Assembly: GCA_043228905.1 (NCBI GenBank)
Contig: JBHGNT010000005.1
Coordinates: 6,324,001 to 6,388,000, forward strand
Direction: 5' to 3'
Length of the DNA stretch: 64,000 nucleotides
From: Azolla caroliniana
Lineage: Eukaryota; Plantae; Polypodiophyta
Shown: piece by piece, positions 46,982 to 61,326 of the stretch
How the letters are laid out: every line of letters begins with the position of its first letter
Position numbering within the stretch: the first letter of the stretch is position 1
Notes under the pieces: generated by a model
What the model was told of the DNA's origin: nothing
Database searches by the model: none
What the model saw: only the letters and a program-made list of their open reading frames with translations
Position numbers and translations under genes: made by a program

Positions 46982-49900
46982 TTTTTTACAAGAGCATCAC
47001 TTATGTATGGATAGAATTCGGAAGTATGGATCTATTTTACCAGGATGGTGGACTCACTTCTGGATTCCCGCTTTTGGCCCCATTGGCCGGCAGGCTGGAC
47101 TATGCATTGCAATTAAACAACATTTGCAGTCTATCATTGTGTCAGCTGCTACTATTATGAATAAAAGGGCACAATTCCTGATTGTAAAAATAAGATCCCA
47201 AAAGGTTGGCCTTATGAATCTCTATGCCCCAAATTCTGCGGCCGAAAGGGCAAAGTTATGGCTATCTCTTTCTGATTATGTGAGTTTAGCGGATTGTTGG
47301 TTGGTAGGAGGCGACTTTAATATGATTGAGGATGCTGCTGACAGGCTGGGAGGTATAACTACTACAATTTCAGGATGGGAAGCTAAGTGTTGGGATTACT
47401 TTTGTTTTACTTATGGGTTGTTGGATTTGTGGAAGGTGCATTCATTTTCACGTATACAAGGATCCCTTCAGTTTTCTAGATCAGATGGAAGCTTGGTTGC
47501 TACAAATTTGTCTCGACTAGATAGATTTTATGCTAGTAGCATTGTTTGGGAAGCATGTGGATCCATAGGAATTATTCCAGGATCAGCTATCTCTGACCAC
47601 GACCCTCTGAAGTTGCAGGTTACATTTACTAAGAGGCGATACTCGACACAATTGCGTATCCCTCCTGCAATTTTATCTAAGGATAGCCATCGGATGTCAA
47701 TCATACAAATATGGTCAAAATACAGTTTCTCATATGACTGTTTGCTTAGCAATAGGACTCATGCCATACTTGATACAAAGATTCTATTCATAGAAAGAGT
47801 TTCAGCATCTGTTTATCATTGCAATTCAGAGATTGCTAACTTGCGTCGTGCTTTGGCTGCATTACAACAACTTTTGGAAAGATATCCAACTTCATCTATA
47901 TTATGTTGTGATTTGCAACAAGCAAAAAGCAGTCTAAAGGAAAAACAGGAAGCATGCTGAAGTTTCTTTTACCATCGTAATGTTGCTCGCTGGTCTCAAA
48001 GGCAAGATCGGGTCAATAAGGAATTCTTTAATCAATTTAAACGAAAAGCTAGACCTCTTTCTATTACTTCTTTGAAGCGGCTTGATGGATCCTATACATC
48101 AGATAGCTTTGAGATGTGAAGTATAGTCTCGGATTATTATCATAACTTATTGTCTGTTGAATCTTTTACGACAAATAATTTTTATAAGCAACAAGTTGTT
48201 CTTGCAACTATTGAACAGAAGGTTACAGATGTAATGGCCTCTCAGTTATTACAACCGTTTACATCTCAAGAGGTATTTGTTGCGGCTAAATCCTTAGGTA
48301 AGGATGTTTGTCCCGAAAAAGATGGAATAGTAATTGGCTTTTATTTGCATTATTGGGATTTTATTGGTTCTCTCATTACTAGAGCAGTTAATTTAATATT
48401 CTCAACGGGTAATATGCCTGAGGAATGGACAGAAGGAATCATATATATGATTCCTAAATCGGATGCTCAATGTGATGAAGTCTCCAAGTGGCGGCCAATA
48501 ACATTGCTTAATGTTGTGTATAAGATAGTGGCAAAAACTATTGCAGTTAGACTACGACCTGTATTGCCGTCTATTATTCATGATACACAATGTGGCTTCC
48601 TACAAGATAGAAGTATTTTTGATAATATCTTTTTGTTTTGGGAAATGTTTGCATTAGCTTAGCAACAAAAACAACAACTTGCAGTATTGTTGCTTGACTT
48701 TGAAAAGGCATATGATAAAGTGGATTGGGACTTTCTTGAGGCAGTGCTATCAAGATTAGGTTTTCCAGCCGCATGGATAAAAGGTGTTTCATCCCTTTAC
48801 AGGCATGCTTCTAGTTCTGTTTTGTTTGCTGGAGAATACGAGACACTATTTCTTATATCCAGGTCTGTTAGGCAAGGATGCCCTCTTGCCCCATTTCTTT
48901 TTATCTTGTTTGGGGAAGCTTTGTCCTCCTACCTAAGATCATCAACTACTGGTATCAAAGGATTAGTATTACCTATTACACAATCCACTGTACTGGATGT
49001 TGAATTTGCAGATGATACAACCCTCTATGTTGACGGGGAGATCAGTAATCTCGGTTGGGTACAAAATGCTTTGCAAGTTTTCTCAGATGCTACAGGTGCA
49101 TCACTTAACTAGAATAAGTCAGTTGGCCTTTGGGTTGGTGCAGAAAATCATCCTGAGTGGTATCCAGGTCATGCTTTCCGATGGCTTCATTGTGGTGAGC
49201 CAGTTCGATATTTAGGATGTATGGTTGGAATAGATTTAAGGCCAGAAGTAATGTTATCTTCGTTGCTATTATCAATAAAACGTAAATTATTGTATTGGGA
49301 TGCCCAACAATTGTCTTTTGCGGGTCGCGTTGTAGTAGCAAATACAGTACTATTGGCATCAATGTGGTTTATAGCATCTGTGTGGCTATTTTCCAGATCA
49401 GCAATGACAAAAGTGCAAAGCTTGATCCGGAATTTCCTTTGGGGGGGAAAACATGGCTCTCCTATAGTAGCCAAAGTTGCGTGGAATGTGTTGATTCAAC
49501 CTAAAATTAATGGAGGGTTGGGTTTGATAGATCCTTTGATGCAGTCAAGAGCTCTCTTGACTAAGTTTGTTATCAGAGGCTTGTTGCCAGGATCAGAAGC
49601 CTGGAAAGGAATGTTTTTAAATCAGTTAATGCAATTAACTCCTAAGATAGGAGGAGTATGGTCACCCTCTTTAAAGTGGTTGTTCTTGAATGACATGAAA
49701 ACACCAAGGACAAATCTTGCATCCAATAGATTTTTGCTAGGAATCATAAGAGTGTGGGATGCAATTAAATCATTTTTGCTAAAGGACAAACCTTCTACCT
49801 GGGATGCATTACTTAATCAACCTATGCTTGCCAATTCTCTATTTCGGGATAATGCAGGAAAAGTATTGGGCCTGCGTCCTCACCTTGCTTGGGGTAAATT

Positions 49901-51331
49901 GGATAATGGGCCAGCTGCATCTGTAAGAACGTGGACTCAATTTTAACAAATGTCACAAGAAGATCAACTTGTACATCTACAATCAGTTCATGGTGCCAAG
50001 ATAATGACGGCTACCTTATCAGTAACATATTCTTCATTTTTAACAACCTTCCAACCGAGGCAAGAATATCTATGGTTTGGATGCTTCGCAAATGATAGAT
50101 TGATGGCTGTTAAGGGTGTTTCACCTAATGGGTGCGTGTCTTATTTTCAGGTCCTAGACAACAATAGATTGCAATCTTATACCTTTGATTGCAATTATCT
50201 ACAGGACTTACGAAGTGCACCAGTTAGAGTGGTTGCTAAAACCAGAAAGAAATGGATCCTTGATCCTTATCCATCAATTGCTAATATGTGTGATATCATG
50301 TGGTTATATTCAAAAGATCCAGTTGCAAGATTAACATGGGATCCAGGGGGTTGGCTTTGGTCACACTCCTTGGGGGAAAAGATCGTAAAGGTCCCCTTTT
50401 TTCAGTACTCAGTAAACCTTGGAAGATCATTACTGCTCTCTCATAATGGAAAGATACCAATGGCTCAAAAACATTGGACCAATTGGGGTGTTTCCACTTT
50501 GCATTTGAGAACCTATTGGAAATGGATATGGTCATTCAAGGGGCCAACTAAATTTATTCTCTTTCGATGGTTATTAGTGCATATGGCTCTACCAGTTGGT
50601 CATACATTGAAAGGGAATGTGACACCCAATTTGCGGCAATGTGCCATTTGCCATGAACCTCAAGAAACTACCAAGCATGTCTTATGGTCTTGTTCTTTGG
50701 CTCAACAAGTATGGAAGAAAGTCGTGTCTTTATTCCTAACAATAAATGTAGGTTGCTTATTCTCATGGGGATCAGCGATGTGGGGAGTATTACACTCCGG
50801 TTTAATGTTGTATGAGGCAAACGATGTTCATGAGGCAATGACAATACATAATGGAAGATTGATATTAGTTAGTCCTTTCCAGCAACCTCGAAAGCAGGTG
50901 CGATCCGTCCAAAATTGGAAAACTATGTCCACAATAACATTATGGGTATTATGGAAATATCGATGTAAACGACTTTATGATGGGGTAGACATTCATGTCT
51001 CAGATGTGTTGTTTGAGTTATGGGAGAACTTGCTGGCTGTAGTCCAAAAAAAAGTATGACAATATGCAGGGTTCCCCAAATACTATGATCAAGAAAAGGA
51101 AAAAGCTTCTTCACTTATGGAAAAAGGTGCCCCTGTTTACAATGGTAGCTCAAGAGCCTCAATGGCAATATCGACTTCCATGGACTCTTTGAATATCACA
51201 AATGTAAACATCCTCGTATTTTATATCAATGTATAAAGAAAGTTGTAACCTTCTTGGTTGCTAGGTTCAAGTTGTAGCCTTCAGGCGTTTTGTTCTTAAT
51301 ACTATTGAAGAAAATCTTATATAAAAAAAAA
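46982..51331 (+). mobile_element. 5'-truncated, decayed L1/Tx1-like LINE ORF2 with poly(A) and ~20-bp TSD
   Basis: APE endonuclease (LQEHH, NLYAP, GGDFN, SRLDRFY, SDH), RT (WRPITLL, DFEKAYD, RQGCPLAP, FADD), zf-RVT; several stops; TSD AACAATTCTCTTAGAGTTTT at 46936-46955 and 51330-51349. Confidence 0.95.
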
Positions 51332-54300
51332 CAATTCTCTTAGAGTTTTGCGTCAAAGACTCACATCTTGCTAGTCTACAACTATTGTGGTTTTTTCTTG
51401 GTTCAAATGTACCCATGAGTTTTTGCAATAAAGACAATGTATGATGGCTTGGGAGACATATGGGGCTCATGTGGCACACCTTATATCACATATCTTGCAC
51501 CAAACCACGTTCTGTTTTTCCCACAACCCTATCTGATTTCTCTCTCAATCATCACAACATTCACTCTCAATTGCAACGGTCATTAGTAAATACATGTCGC
51601 TAATAAAATCCACACATTGCTTGAAAATGCTACACTATTGGTTCCATAAGTCATGTTTGACCTCCAAGGACAATAATAACCTCAATAACATGTATCCACT
51701 ATGAAGTATCTTTTTCTTCTCTGTCACTCAACTAGCTATGTCTATGATTTAAACACAAGTCTTCCAATAGTTTATGTTGTTGCTATTATATCATTCCTTT
51801 TATCTAAATGGTATTGCATGCTAGTCTTTTTTACTTTTATATGAGAAATTGATGGGCTTCAAATTTGTTTACATTAGTTGATCACCCTTGAGTATAGATG
51901 GCGTCCTTTTGAGAAAGAAAATGATTAATATCAAACTATCACCCTCTAGGTAGAATAATCATTCACACTCAAAACACATATGAAGCTATGGAAAATAATT
52001 CCAGGAGAGCATATTCGCAACAACGAAAGGTTAAAACAAAGCAAACATGTCAACAAGTGCTAAGTCTTGCGTTCATAACCACAAGGCACAATATTTGTCA
52101 CAACATACACAATTGATGGCTAAAGTGTTGACCCATAAGATCTTAGAAATATAAGCATTAATTTTTACAGAAGTTTAAAGCCGATGTCAAGGCTAATAAA
52201 ATAAATATTTGTCATTGATGCCACTCGTTTAACCTAGAGTCATGATCGTCACCCACATAATACTTAGAAACAATATCGTGGACTGATATAGCAACCTTAT
52301 CCAAAGTGTAAAGGTTGTTGTTGAATCAACCCTTGTAGTGACCTCCCCTTTTCCTAATAGTGATGAGAGTAAAACTTGGATAACATCTTTGAATACCCGT
52401 TGCCTGTTTATGTGGCATAAGACTTTAGGCAAATGTGTATTGAGACACATTTTAGGTAGATGTGATACATTCAATGCACAACTCAATCAATTTTCATTTA
52501 AAGTCGTGTGGAGTACATTACGGTTTATCTTGACAATGCTTGTTTTGTTACATGCACAAGAAAAGTATGTAAGTATTGGAAAACTAGAAATGTTTTGTGA
52601 AGTCGCATTCTAATAGTCTAGACTTTTATATGCTTCTTAGTAGAGTAGAGATATTGTATTTTAAAACAAGGGAATACATGAAAGCACAATGTGATCATTG
52701 ATGCATAATGCCTTATTTTCGTGACTTCGGTGATGAATTGATCGTCAGAAAAATAGCAAGTGACATACACGAATTACAAATAATCTATAGATATTGAGAA
52801 TAACAATAAATATCATGGGACCTTCATGACTGTGAAAAGGCACACCTACTTTTCCAATCTTGAATATATGCTTCGCGCTAACTTTTCAAATTGGGCTTCT
52901 CAAAACAATGGAGAGGGAAGGCTAATAAATGGATGTTGCTATTAAATAATTAAAGATGGATTTCCAATTCTAGAAAGGGCAGAGGGTACCTAGAAATGGA
53001 AACAAATAGTATATTAAATAGTTTCCCATTATTTTTCACCATTATAAATTCTTGTGACCTATTGTAGGTCATTCTTTAATGCAACTCCCATTCAAGTATG
53101 AGTGAGTACGAGCCATATGTGAAGATGTACATTGATATCGACATTCACATTTTGCTTAGCAGACGCATCCATAAAACTCCATGTATCGAGCAATGGACGA
53201 CCAAGAGAGTGTTTGCAATATCTTTTGATTCCAAGGGTATTTACTTGATGCATTTGAAACCAACTACTTATATTGATATTAGACTTGGGATGACTTTAAT
53301 CATGTTATCAATATGGATGACTTTAATCATGCTATCCATATAGCTAACATTTATCAATCCTCGCCTTTTCGAGGTTAGACCTTAATATGAAGAGAAAAGC
53401 TTTTGTATTGTAGTTTGCATGTTGTTACAAGAGTAAACTTTTCCTTTTGGGATTGTTCTCGATAATTCAAAATAGCTTATGCTCCTCTCTACCTGTCCAT
53501 TATCTCAACTCGGCATGAACGCGCATACTCGGGATTAGAAATCCAACATTATTTGTTAGTGTTGGTACCCAAGTCACCAAAAGTATTCAATTTTCTTTAA
53601 TCTACATGAAAAGGAACATTTCTTATTCGATACACCTAACCGAATGAAGTCTTCGTCGTGTCCTTCGAAAGAGGGATCAAATCATCACCATGCCCTCATT
53701 TTTAAAATGGGGGAGAATTTTTTTTTAAAACATACCAAGCAAGAAACATTGGCTTCTAGACATTTTAAAATTGGTTTTGCTTTTCTTTTATTTATTTGTT
53801 TTATATTTCATAAAATCCACAGTATTCTTTTTTTTAAAAGGCTAAAAAGAACTTTTCTAAAAACCCTAAAAATTTGAGGAAAGAAAAAAATTGAAACTAC
53901 GAAAAGTCAAGAAGCAAGAGGGATATGTATTATGGACTTTGGCAAGAAAAAAAAAAGCAAAAGAAGAAAATAAAGGAAAAATGGGAGATTTCCAGAAGGC
54001 CCTTTACCCCCAAATGTAGAGGCAATCTCATGCTAAATTTGGGGCTGATTTGATTTGGCCCTTTTTTTTTTTTTTTTTTGTAAATTGGGGTGGAAAAAGT
54101 TGGGCCAAATAATAAAACAAAACACACAATCAAAGTTTAAAAAGATGTAAATTTATTGATAAATACAGTGCTTTTTATTTATTTATTAATAATTGCTACA
54201 TACCATTTCTTTATTGACTTCTTTTCATGTGTGTTCTTTTCATTCCAAAACAAAAACAGAGTACTTTCATTTTCTTTTTTTACTCTGTTTTTCTTTTTCT

Positions 54301-54359
54301 TTTTCTTTTTCTTTCTGTAAAGACCCATTCTCTCTGTCTCTCTGCCCTTTTTGTTTGAA

Positions 54360-54388
54360 CTTCTTCTTCTTCTTCTTCTTCTTCTTCT
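54360..54388. repeat. (CTT)n microsatellite directly before the GATA start codon
   Basis: About 9 trinucleotide units ending 1-2 nt before the ATG. Confidence 0.9.
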
Positions 54389-54389
54389 A

Positions 54390-56384
54390 ATGGAGACTTA
54401 TTCTTCTACTACTAGTGCTACCCCCTCTCCTCGTCTCCTGAGTTACCATGGATTCCTTCAACAACAGAAACAGAATGTAACAAGAGCACATAAAATGCTT
54501 TCTAACAAACCCCCTTGTAACCTCATGGACCTTCATCATCTAGCTGGTGTTACCTCCACATCTCCTCCTCTAAGCATGATGAAACCTTTAGAAGATCTCA
54601 CTAATTTTGAGATTGAAGACCTCTTAGATTTCCCTACTGAAGAAGAAGGAGATGAAGGAGGAGAAGGGGATGGAGAAGGAGAAGGAGAAGGAGAGGAAGG
54701 AGATGGAGGTGAAGCTCCACACAGCTTTGTTTCAGAATTAAACAGCAAGTCTAGGAATTGTGCAGGTGCCAAGAGCTCAAAATTACAAGAAGAAGGATTA
54801 TCCATCCCTGTAAGCATCCATCTCCCTTGTGCTCTTCTCTACAATTCCTTTATTATTGTTATTCTCCAAAAACTTTCCCCTGCATTTTTTTATTACCAAT
54901 GAATTGTTTTTTTCTCCCCATATTTTGTTTGTATTTCTTGTCATATTTTTCCTAAGCTCATTTTATCAATGAATATGTGTGGATAGGGTAATTGTTTTGC
55001 ATGTAGGGATAGGGTTGAGAAGCTAAGGTTTTGTGTGTGGACATGGTTGGTAAAGTTTTTTTTGTGAGAATGGTTGATGAAGGAAGGTTTTATGTGTGAA
55101 ATTTGTGTGTGTGAAAATGGTTGATAGCTTGAGGTTTTCTTGTGTTTGGAAATGGTCGCGAACTTGAGGTTTTGTGTGTGTGTGTGTGTGTGGAAATGGT
55201 AGCGAACTTGATGTTTTGTATGTCTACAATGTGTTTTGGTATATGAAGGTTGTTTACATAGTCAATTTGTGTACAAACCTATAGGACAACCTAATGTTTT
55301 ATTGTCATATTGTTCGCAGCCTGATGAACTTGTTGATGAACTCGAATGGCTCTCTACCTTCAACGAAGATAACTCTTACTCAGGGGACACTCATCTTGCA
55401 TCCTTGGTGAGCTCCGAAGGTCATGCCCCAACTTATAACACGAAGTCCACTTCGACACCACTAAGAGACACCTACATGAGAAGCCCTATTTCAGTTCTAG
55501 AACAAATTGGGCACCATCATTTTAGCTACATCTGCACACACTTAGAAAATCCCAAAAGGTCTAGAAAAGCAAGAAGTAGAGGGAGAATTTGGTCTAGAGA
55601 TATATTGAAGCCGATCCCAATGAACAAAAGTGTGTCGCAGGACAATACAATGTGCTCGACTGCATCTAATGACGATGACACATTCAACACTTCATCAACA
55701 CTCCAACAATGGGAAATAATTGGAAGGCCATCATTAAAGAAGAAGCCTAAAAAGGCACGCTTGACTTGTGTTGACATTGAAGATATTGACTCCACAATTG
55801 TAGTTCGAAGGTGCTCACATTGCTTGGTCCACAAGACGCCACAATGGAGGGCAGGACCCTTGGGACCTAAGACATTGTGCAATGCATGTGGTGTGAGGTT
55901 CAAATCAGGACGACTCTTGCCAGAGTATAGGCCTGCATGTAGTCCAACTTTTGTTAGCCATGTTCATTCAAATTCACATCGACGAATCCTTGAAATGCGG
56001 CGCGCACGTGAAGGGTTGGGATCACAATGTAACAACAAGGTGGAAATCGCCCACGAAGATGATTGCAATTCTTGGAATGGTTCATGGAAAGCATCTTCAT
56101 CATCCCAAGATATGTCATTGTTGCGTTTGAGCAAGGACTTATCACAAGAGGTAGAACTAAACTCTCAAGAAATGGAAGTTGAGAAATGTACCAACGAGTT
56201 CAATGTCAACCACATTCTAATTAGGGTCTTAGAAAAAAAATCAATGTATAAGAAAGGATCCATAGTTGACGAGGAAGAGGAAGAGGTAACTATGTCTCGG
56301 GATGGTCCACGTGTGAATGAAACTCCTCAAGCAATACACAAGAAAGGAAACATGATTCGTGATTCAATTGAGAGAGAGAGGTAA
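54390..56384 (+). CDS. Class A GATA transcription factor, 2 exons (54390-54809, 55320-56384), ~494 aa
   Basis: ELEWLS, SPISVLE, CSHC-X18-CNAC zinc finger, [21 protein letters not shown]...[12 protein letters not shown]; GT-AG phase-0 intron. Confidence 0.92.
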
Positions 56385-59300
56385 CCACATTGTCTTGGGA
56401 GGATGAAAAGGTGCTTAACAAGAGAAAATGCTCATGCGTAGGCTTTAATTATTTCCCTTGTTGATTGTTTTCACAACTAGGGTAGAGTAGAATCAAAATG
56501 ACATCATATATGTAGTGGAATAGAGAAGATATCAACTTAAAAGAAAAAGAGCAAGCCCCAACCAACTTTACAACCATTACTTAGCCCATGTATAATGAAG
56601 CCTTGCTATGATAAGGTGAGGCACATGAACCCAATCTAACATAATAGAAAATAGTTTGTCAAGTTCACACAGAGAATGAAATCTTCTTTGTAAAGTACAT
56701 GATATATGTATGCAAGCATGTAATGGATTCAAGTCTAATTTGAAATGATTATTACATGAATTAGATCCTTGCCTTTGAAATAATTGAAGGAGATAAAAAA
56801 AGTGAGTGATACTAGGATTTCTTTGCGATAAGTTATGAATACATTTTGCATAAACAAAATGATGTCAAAATTGTAACAAGCATTGCCTTCGGAAACTCTT
56901 GTTAAAAAATTTAAACAAGCCAAAATTGTCATTGTCCTCTAGCTTCAAGATGTATAAAATATAGGAATTTAAATTGTGTTCTATCTTGCCATTATCAACT
57001 TTTGATTCATTGATAGAATGATTTGGGTGCATGACATCACATTAAAATTATATGAGTTTGGTGGATAGAGTGACAAATGGATAAGTGAGTGAGAAAATCA
57101 TGAACAATTGAGTATGTGCACACGTGTGTGGTGCGGTCAATGAACTTGAGCCTATATACAAGTGTAAAATAAGAGATCATATATGATCCATCTTTTAATG
57201 TGTGTGTCCAATGCACTTACATCTATGTGCTTGTGCAAATTAACCAAGCGTGTTCGTCACGACTTTATGTGTGTATGTGTAGTCAATGAATGAACTTACA
57301 TATATGTATGTGCATGAGTAAAGTAACTGAGCATGTGCAACCAATGTGATTGTGATAATACTTCAGTATCTCATGTAGTGAGGCAATTGTTGATATTGTT
57401 TTTAAATGATAGAGAGTGAGGGGGGAAACAATGGAAAACGCCACTTGAGTTTTGTCTTTAACTTCAAATAGGATATGATTCATCATTGAAAATACAACAT
57501 GTCAACTAACATGTCTTTGCAACTTGTTTTGCATGTCAAATGATAAAATTTACAACACAACATGTAACAAGACCTTGTGTACATTTGATTTGTTGTTGGT
57601 TGGCTCATGAAAATTCCCAAGGATATTATCACTTTACCTTAAATCACTCTTTCACTACAGTTGATACTTCTTTTTTCCATTTTATATGAATTGTGTGCCA
57701 CACTCTTTATGAGCACTAAGGTTATTGCCCAATAATTGTCGAAGGATGATCATGAAGAGAGGACAAATGGTGCAATTTCCCATTTGAAGGTCAAGATTCT
57801 TGTTTTCTTTTATAATCCTTTACATGGCATCATTATGTTTTGGATGTGATTGATTCCTTTAAAAAGAGACGAGGAAATATGGAGATATAAGCTTTATCAT
57901 TCAATACAGACATACATACATGCATATAAATATAAATATCTATCTATCTATTATATTATATTATATATATATATGGAATGCCCTTTGTATGAAATCATTT
58001 ATGTATATCATTGTCTACAAGGACCATATGAATAAATAGATAAATACCAAATTGTGATGCTATATAGTTTCATATCATTCTCATTCTTTACATGGACATT
58101 ATATATATATATATGATTTATACTTAGTCTAGAAGTATGAATATAAGTTGTTACATCTTTCTCACGAGTCATGATACATGACTTTCATACAACAACTACA
58201 ACCTTTCCCTTTAGTAAACAACGAAATAAATGGTTGAAAATAAATTCATTTAAGCTCTCATAGTCATACAAGGCAATTGTGAGTTCCAATATAGCCTCTC
58301 TTTCTTTGCCTGACATAATTGATATTCATGAATCATAATCATGTAAATATTGGAATGTAGTTTAGATGTCTACTAGGTGATTGCATGCTTTTGTTGATAC
58401 TATTTTCTATGACATAATACCTTCTACAACTTACCAATGATGTGTGTGTCTTATGTGAAATTTCCACTTCATTAAACTTAGAAACGATTTCAAAACATGG
58501 ATTCTTAATCACTAGGTACTACGTAGATGGTTACATTAATGCATCATACACATGCTTTATTGATATTCTATACATATTACAATTAACTTATGAGTTGGAT
58601 TTTGAAGTAAACATCAAATTAATAAGTACATATGTAATTGTTTTGGATGCTTAACATTGAGATATGATTTTCTCATTTTAAAAAGGCAAGTGAAAGAAAA
58701 AATTTAAAATTTTCATAATCCTTGATGTTTCCAACAAGGGTTAGCATAATTATCAAAATAGTAGTTATGTTAGTGGAGGGTTGGGTCATGGTGGATGTAA
58801 AGTACAAAGTCAATGGACATGTCAGCAAAGGATTCAAAACAAGTTTGCAAACAAAGAAGATAACTTATTTCAAAGCCAATCACATGTTTCTTTTGCAATG
58901 TACAATACTCATGATTGTTGAATAAGCTAATCTAGACTTAAAAACTATTGACCTAGTCAAAAGAATGATTCTGTAAACAATTTTCCATCTCTTAGTCAAC
59001 AAGAAAAATGCAAGAAGATAACACAAAAAGAAAAAATCCTAAACGTAATTATCATGATTAATTTAAGCTTGCGACTTTTTGTGAACTAATGAAAGTTAGA
59101 TTGAGTTGGTGATTTCTTGTCTATTTTATCCTCTATCAAGAGTAGAAATATTGTAAAAGTCCCTTTGTACCTAAGTGGTAAGTTCTCATCTTGTGAATGT
59201 GTCATGTCATGTAACAATGGATTAACGCATGTTTCGGTTATTAGCCTACTCATTAGTAGGTTTAGAGTGATTGACACTTGCCCTAATGAGTCTTGCCAAC

Positions 59301-60472
59301 AAAAGGGTAAACAGTGCTATGTTCATGTACATTGATCTCAATATGGTTCCAAAAAGAACATCACCGTAAGATGTAACTTTCAATAAGGATATCAAAAGAC
59401 ACTTCATATTTGGCACCATTGCCAAGGATTGGAACCACCTCTCAAAGCTAGCGGTGAGCTTTTCATAAATTCCCACGACAACATATATGTTAATGAGGTG
59501 AGGAATAAACCACCCCAACCTTAATCCTTTTTTAGCCCTTGTCCTTATTTTTCATCATGATTTAACATTAGTAAATCTCAAGTAGTGAGCCATATGTGCT
59601 AATTTTGAAGTATTCATTAATTATGATTAGTTGAGTTCTAATAAACTTAATTATCCTTAAGTATAACCATAATTATAAATTAGTACTAATCATCGTTGAA
59701 GGTCATAACTATATTCTCATCTTATAATTATTTAGTCCTACAACAAAGCATATTGGTACAATTGTAGCTTGGGGAGTTTCTCTTAAAAACTCTTTGAGAT
59801 CCACATAACATCCACACCCTTGTCATGTTGAACCATTGTGCAGATGGTCAAAACAATAAACAAGAACCATGTCTTGATTTTGGGTCATAACCAATCACCT
59901 CTATCGTGCAGATAACTACATTAGGGCCATCGTATGAACATGTGAAGTTAAAGCATTGTGTGGATCACTTAACTATTCCCATTATGCATAAAAACAAACT
60001 ACAACTATAGTTTGACATTGAAAAACATCGATCACAACCAACATGTAGAGCTCACATGAACCATCATGTAGAGCTCACATGAATAATTGTGTAGAGGTTA
60101 GAAAACCTCAATGCCAACCATCATGTTGGGGTAACCAGAACCATCATATAGAGGTGAATACCTCATATCAAAATTGCAAGGAAAAATTCAATAACTCCTT
60201 TGTGGTTATGGTTATAGTCATATTGAGTTGTTGTATTGATCTATCATATTAATTGAAAAAACAAAGTACACAAAAAGACACATAGACAAGATATAGTAAA
60301 ACACCCATAAAATAGACATATTTTCTCTGTCTCTATTTCTTTTTATTGTAATTAACTTGCTTTAGTGGTAATTTGTTACATTATTAGCATTATGTCTTGA
60401 GATCGAAACCCGATTTCTTACCTCTTTATTACTCTGTATATATCTCTTAATTTACTAGATGCCACTATGGAA

Positions 60473-60497
60473 CTCTCTCTCTCTCTCACACACACAC

Positions 60498-60540
<43 letters not shown>
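60473..60540. repeat. Compound (CT)n(CA)n microsatellite
   Basis: Direct reading of the sequence. Confidence 0.95.
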
Positions 60541-60542
<2 letters not shown>

Positions 60543-61220
60543 GTGTGTACATGCATATATACGCAAGTCAAATAGGTTCCATTATGTAGAATTATCTCAT
60601 AATTTTTTTGTAATTTGTCCGTAGACTTGATATAAAAATGTGCACTCAAGAAAATGAGTATACTGATAGGTTCAAATAATGGTTTGCTTTCCCAGGTTCA
60701 CAAGAAGCTTCCGAAAGTGCACCTCCTCTACCACCCAAACACAAACTAATAATAGTCTTGGAGGTTGGTTTTAAAATATAACTTTAAATGAGAATAGGGG
60801 TTGCATGAGAATGGGTCAACCAACACATCCACCTCGCTAGAGTTGACCTAGAGGATTTCATGCACATCAAGGAAGATGCGATCTCAAAGCATTGAACAAA
60901 GAGATTGACTTTTGGTCAAACCAATGCACCAAGGACAAATGACCTACTACGAGTTGCTAGGCAAGATCCAAACAATCCTAAGTGTGTGCTTGGGTTTTGC
61001 AATAGTATGTTAGGATGATTAGAGATGTTGAACATAGACATTTCTAAGGCATGTAAATACCAAATACGTACCACCATGTTCGTGGACACCATAACTACAC
61101 CTTACTTTAACTTTTCTAGTACTTCCACTGGTCATGAGGAACCACTATTGGGATCCCAAACCAATAAGCCCCTACAAGGACACTCCGCCCCAACAACCCA
61201 ACAAATAGAGACAATGACAT

Positions 61221-61273
61221 TGAAAACAGTAAAGAATCGATGGTGATTCTTGTGCAGCGGAATAGGTTAGAGA

Positions 61274-61326
<53 letters not shown>

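Noticed and set aside
44900-52300. Possible decayed Mutator transposase flanking the L1 (MTYGTN-like peptide near 51640)
   Set aside because: Too degenerate; no TIR, TSD or continuous motif series could be established by eye.
56400-61200. Short ORFs and small direct repeats (e.g. CATGTAGAGCTCACATGAA x2 near 60050)
   Set aside because: AT-rich intergenic DNA with no supportable feature.
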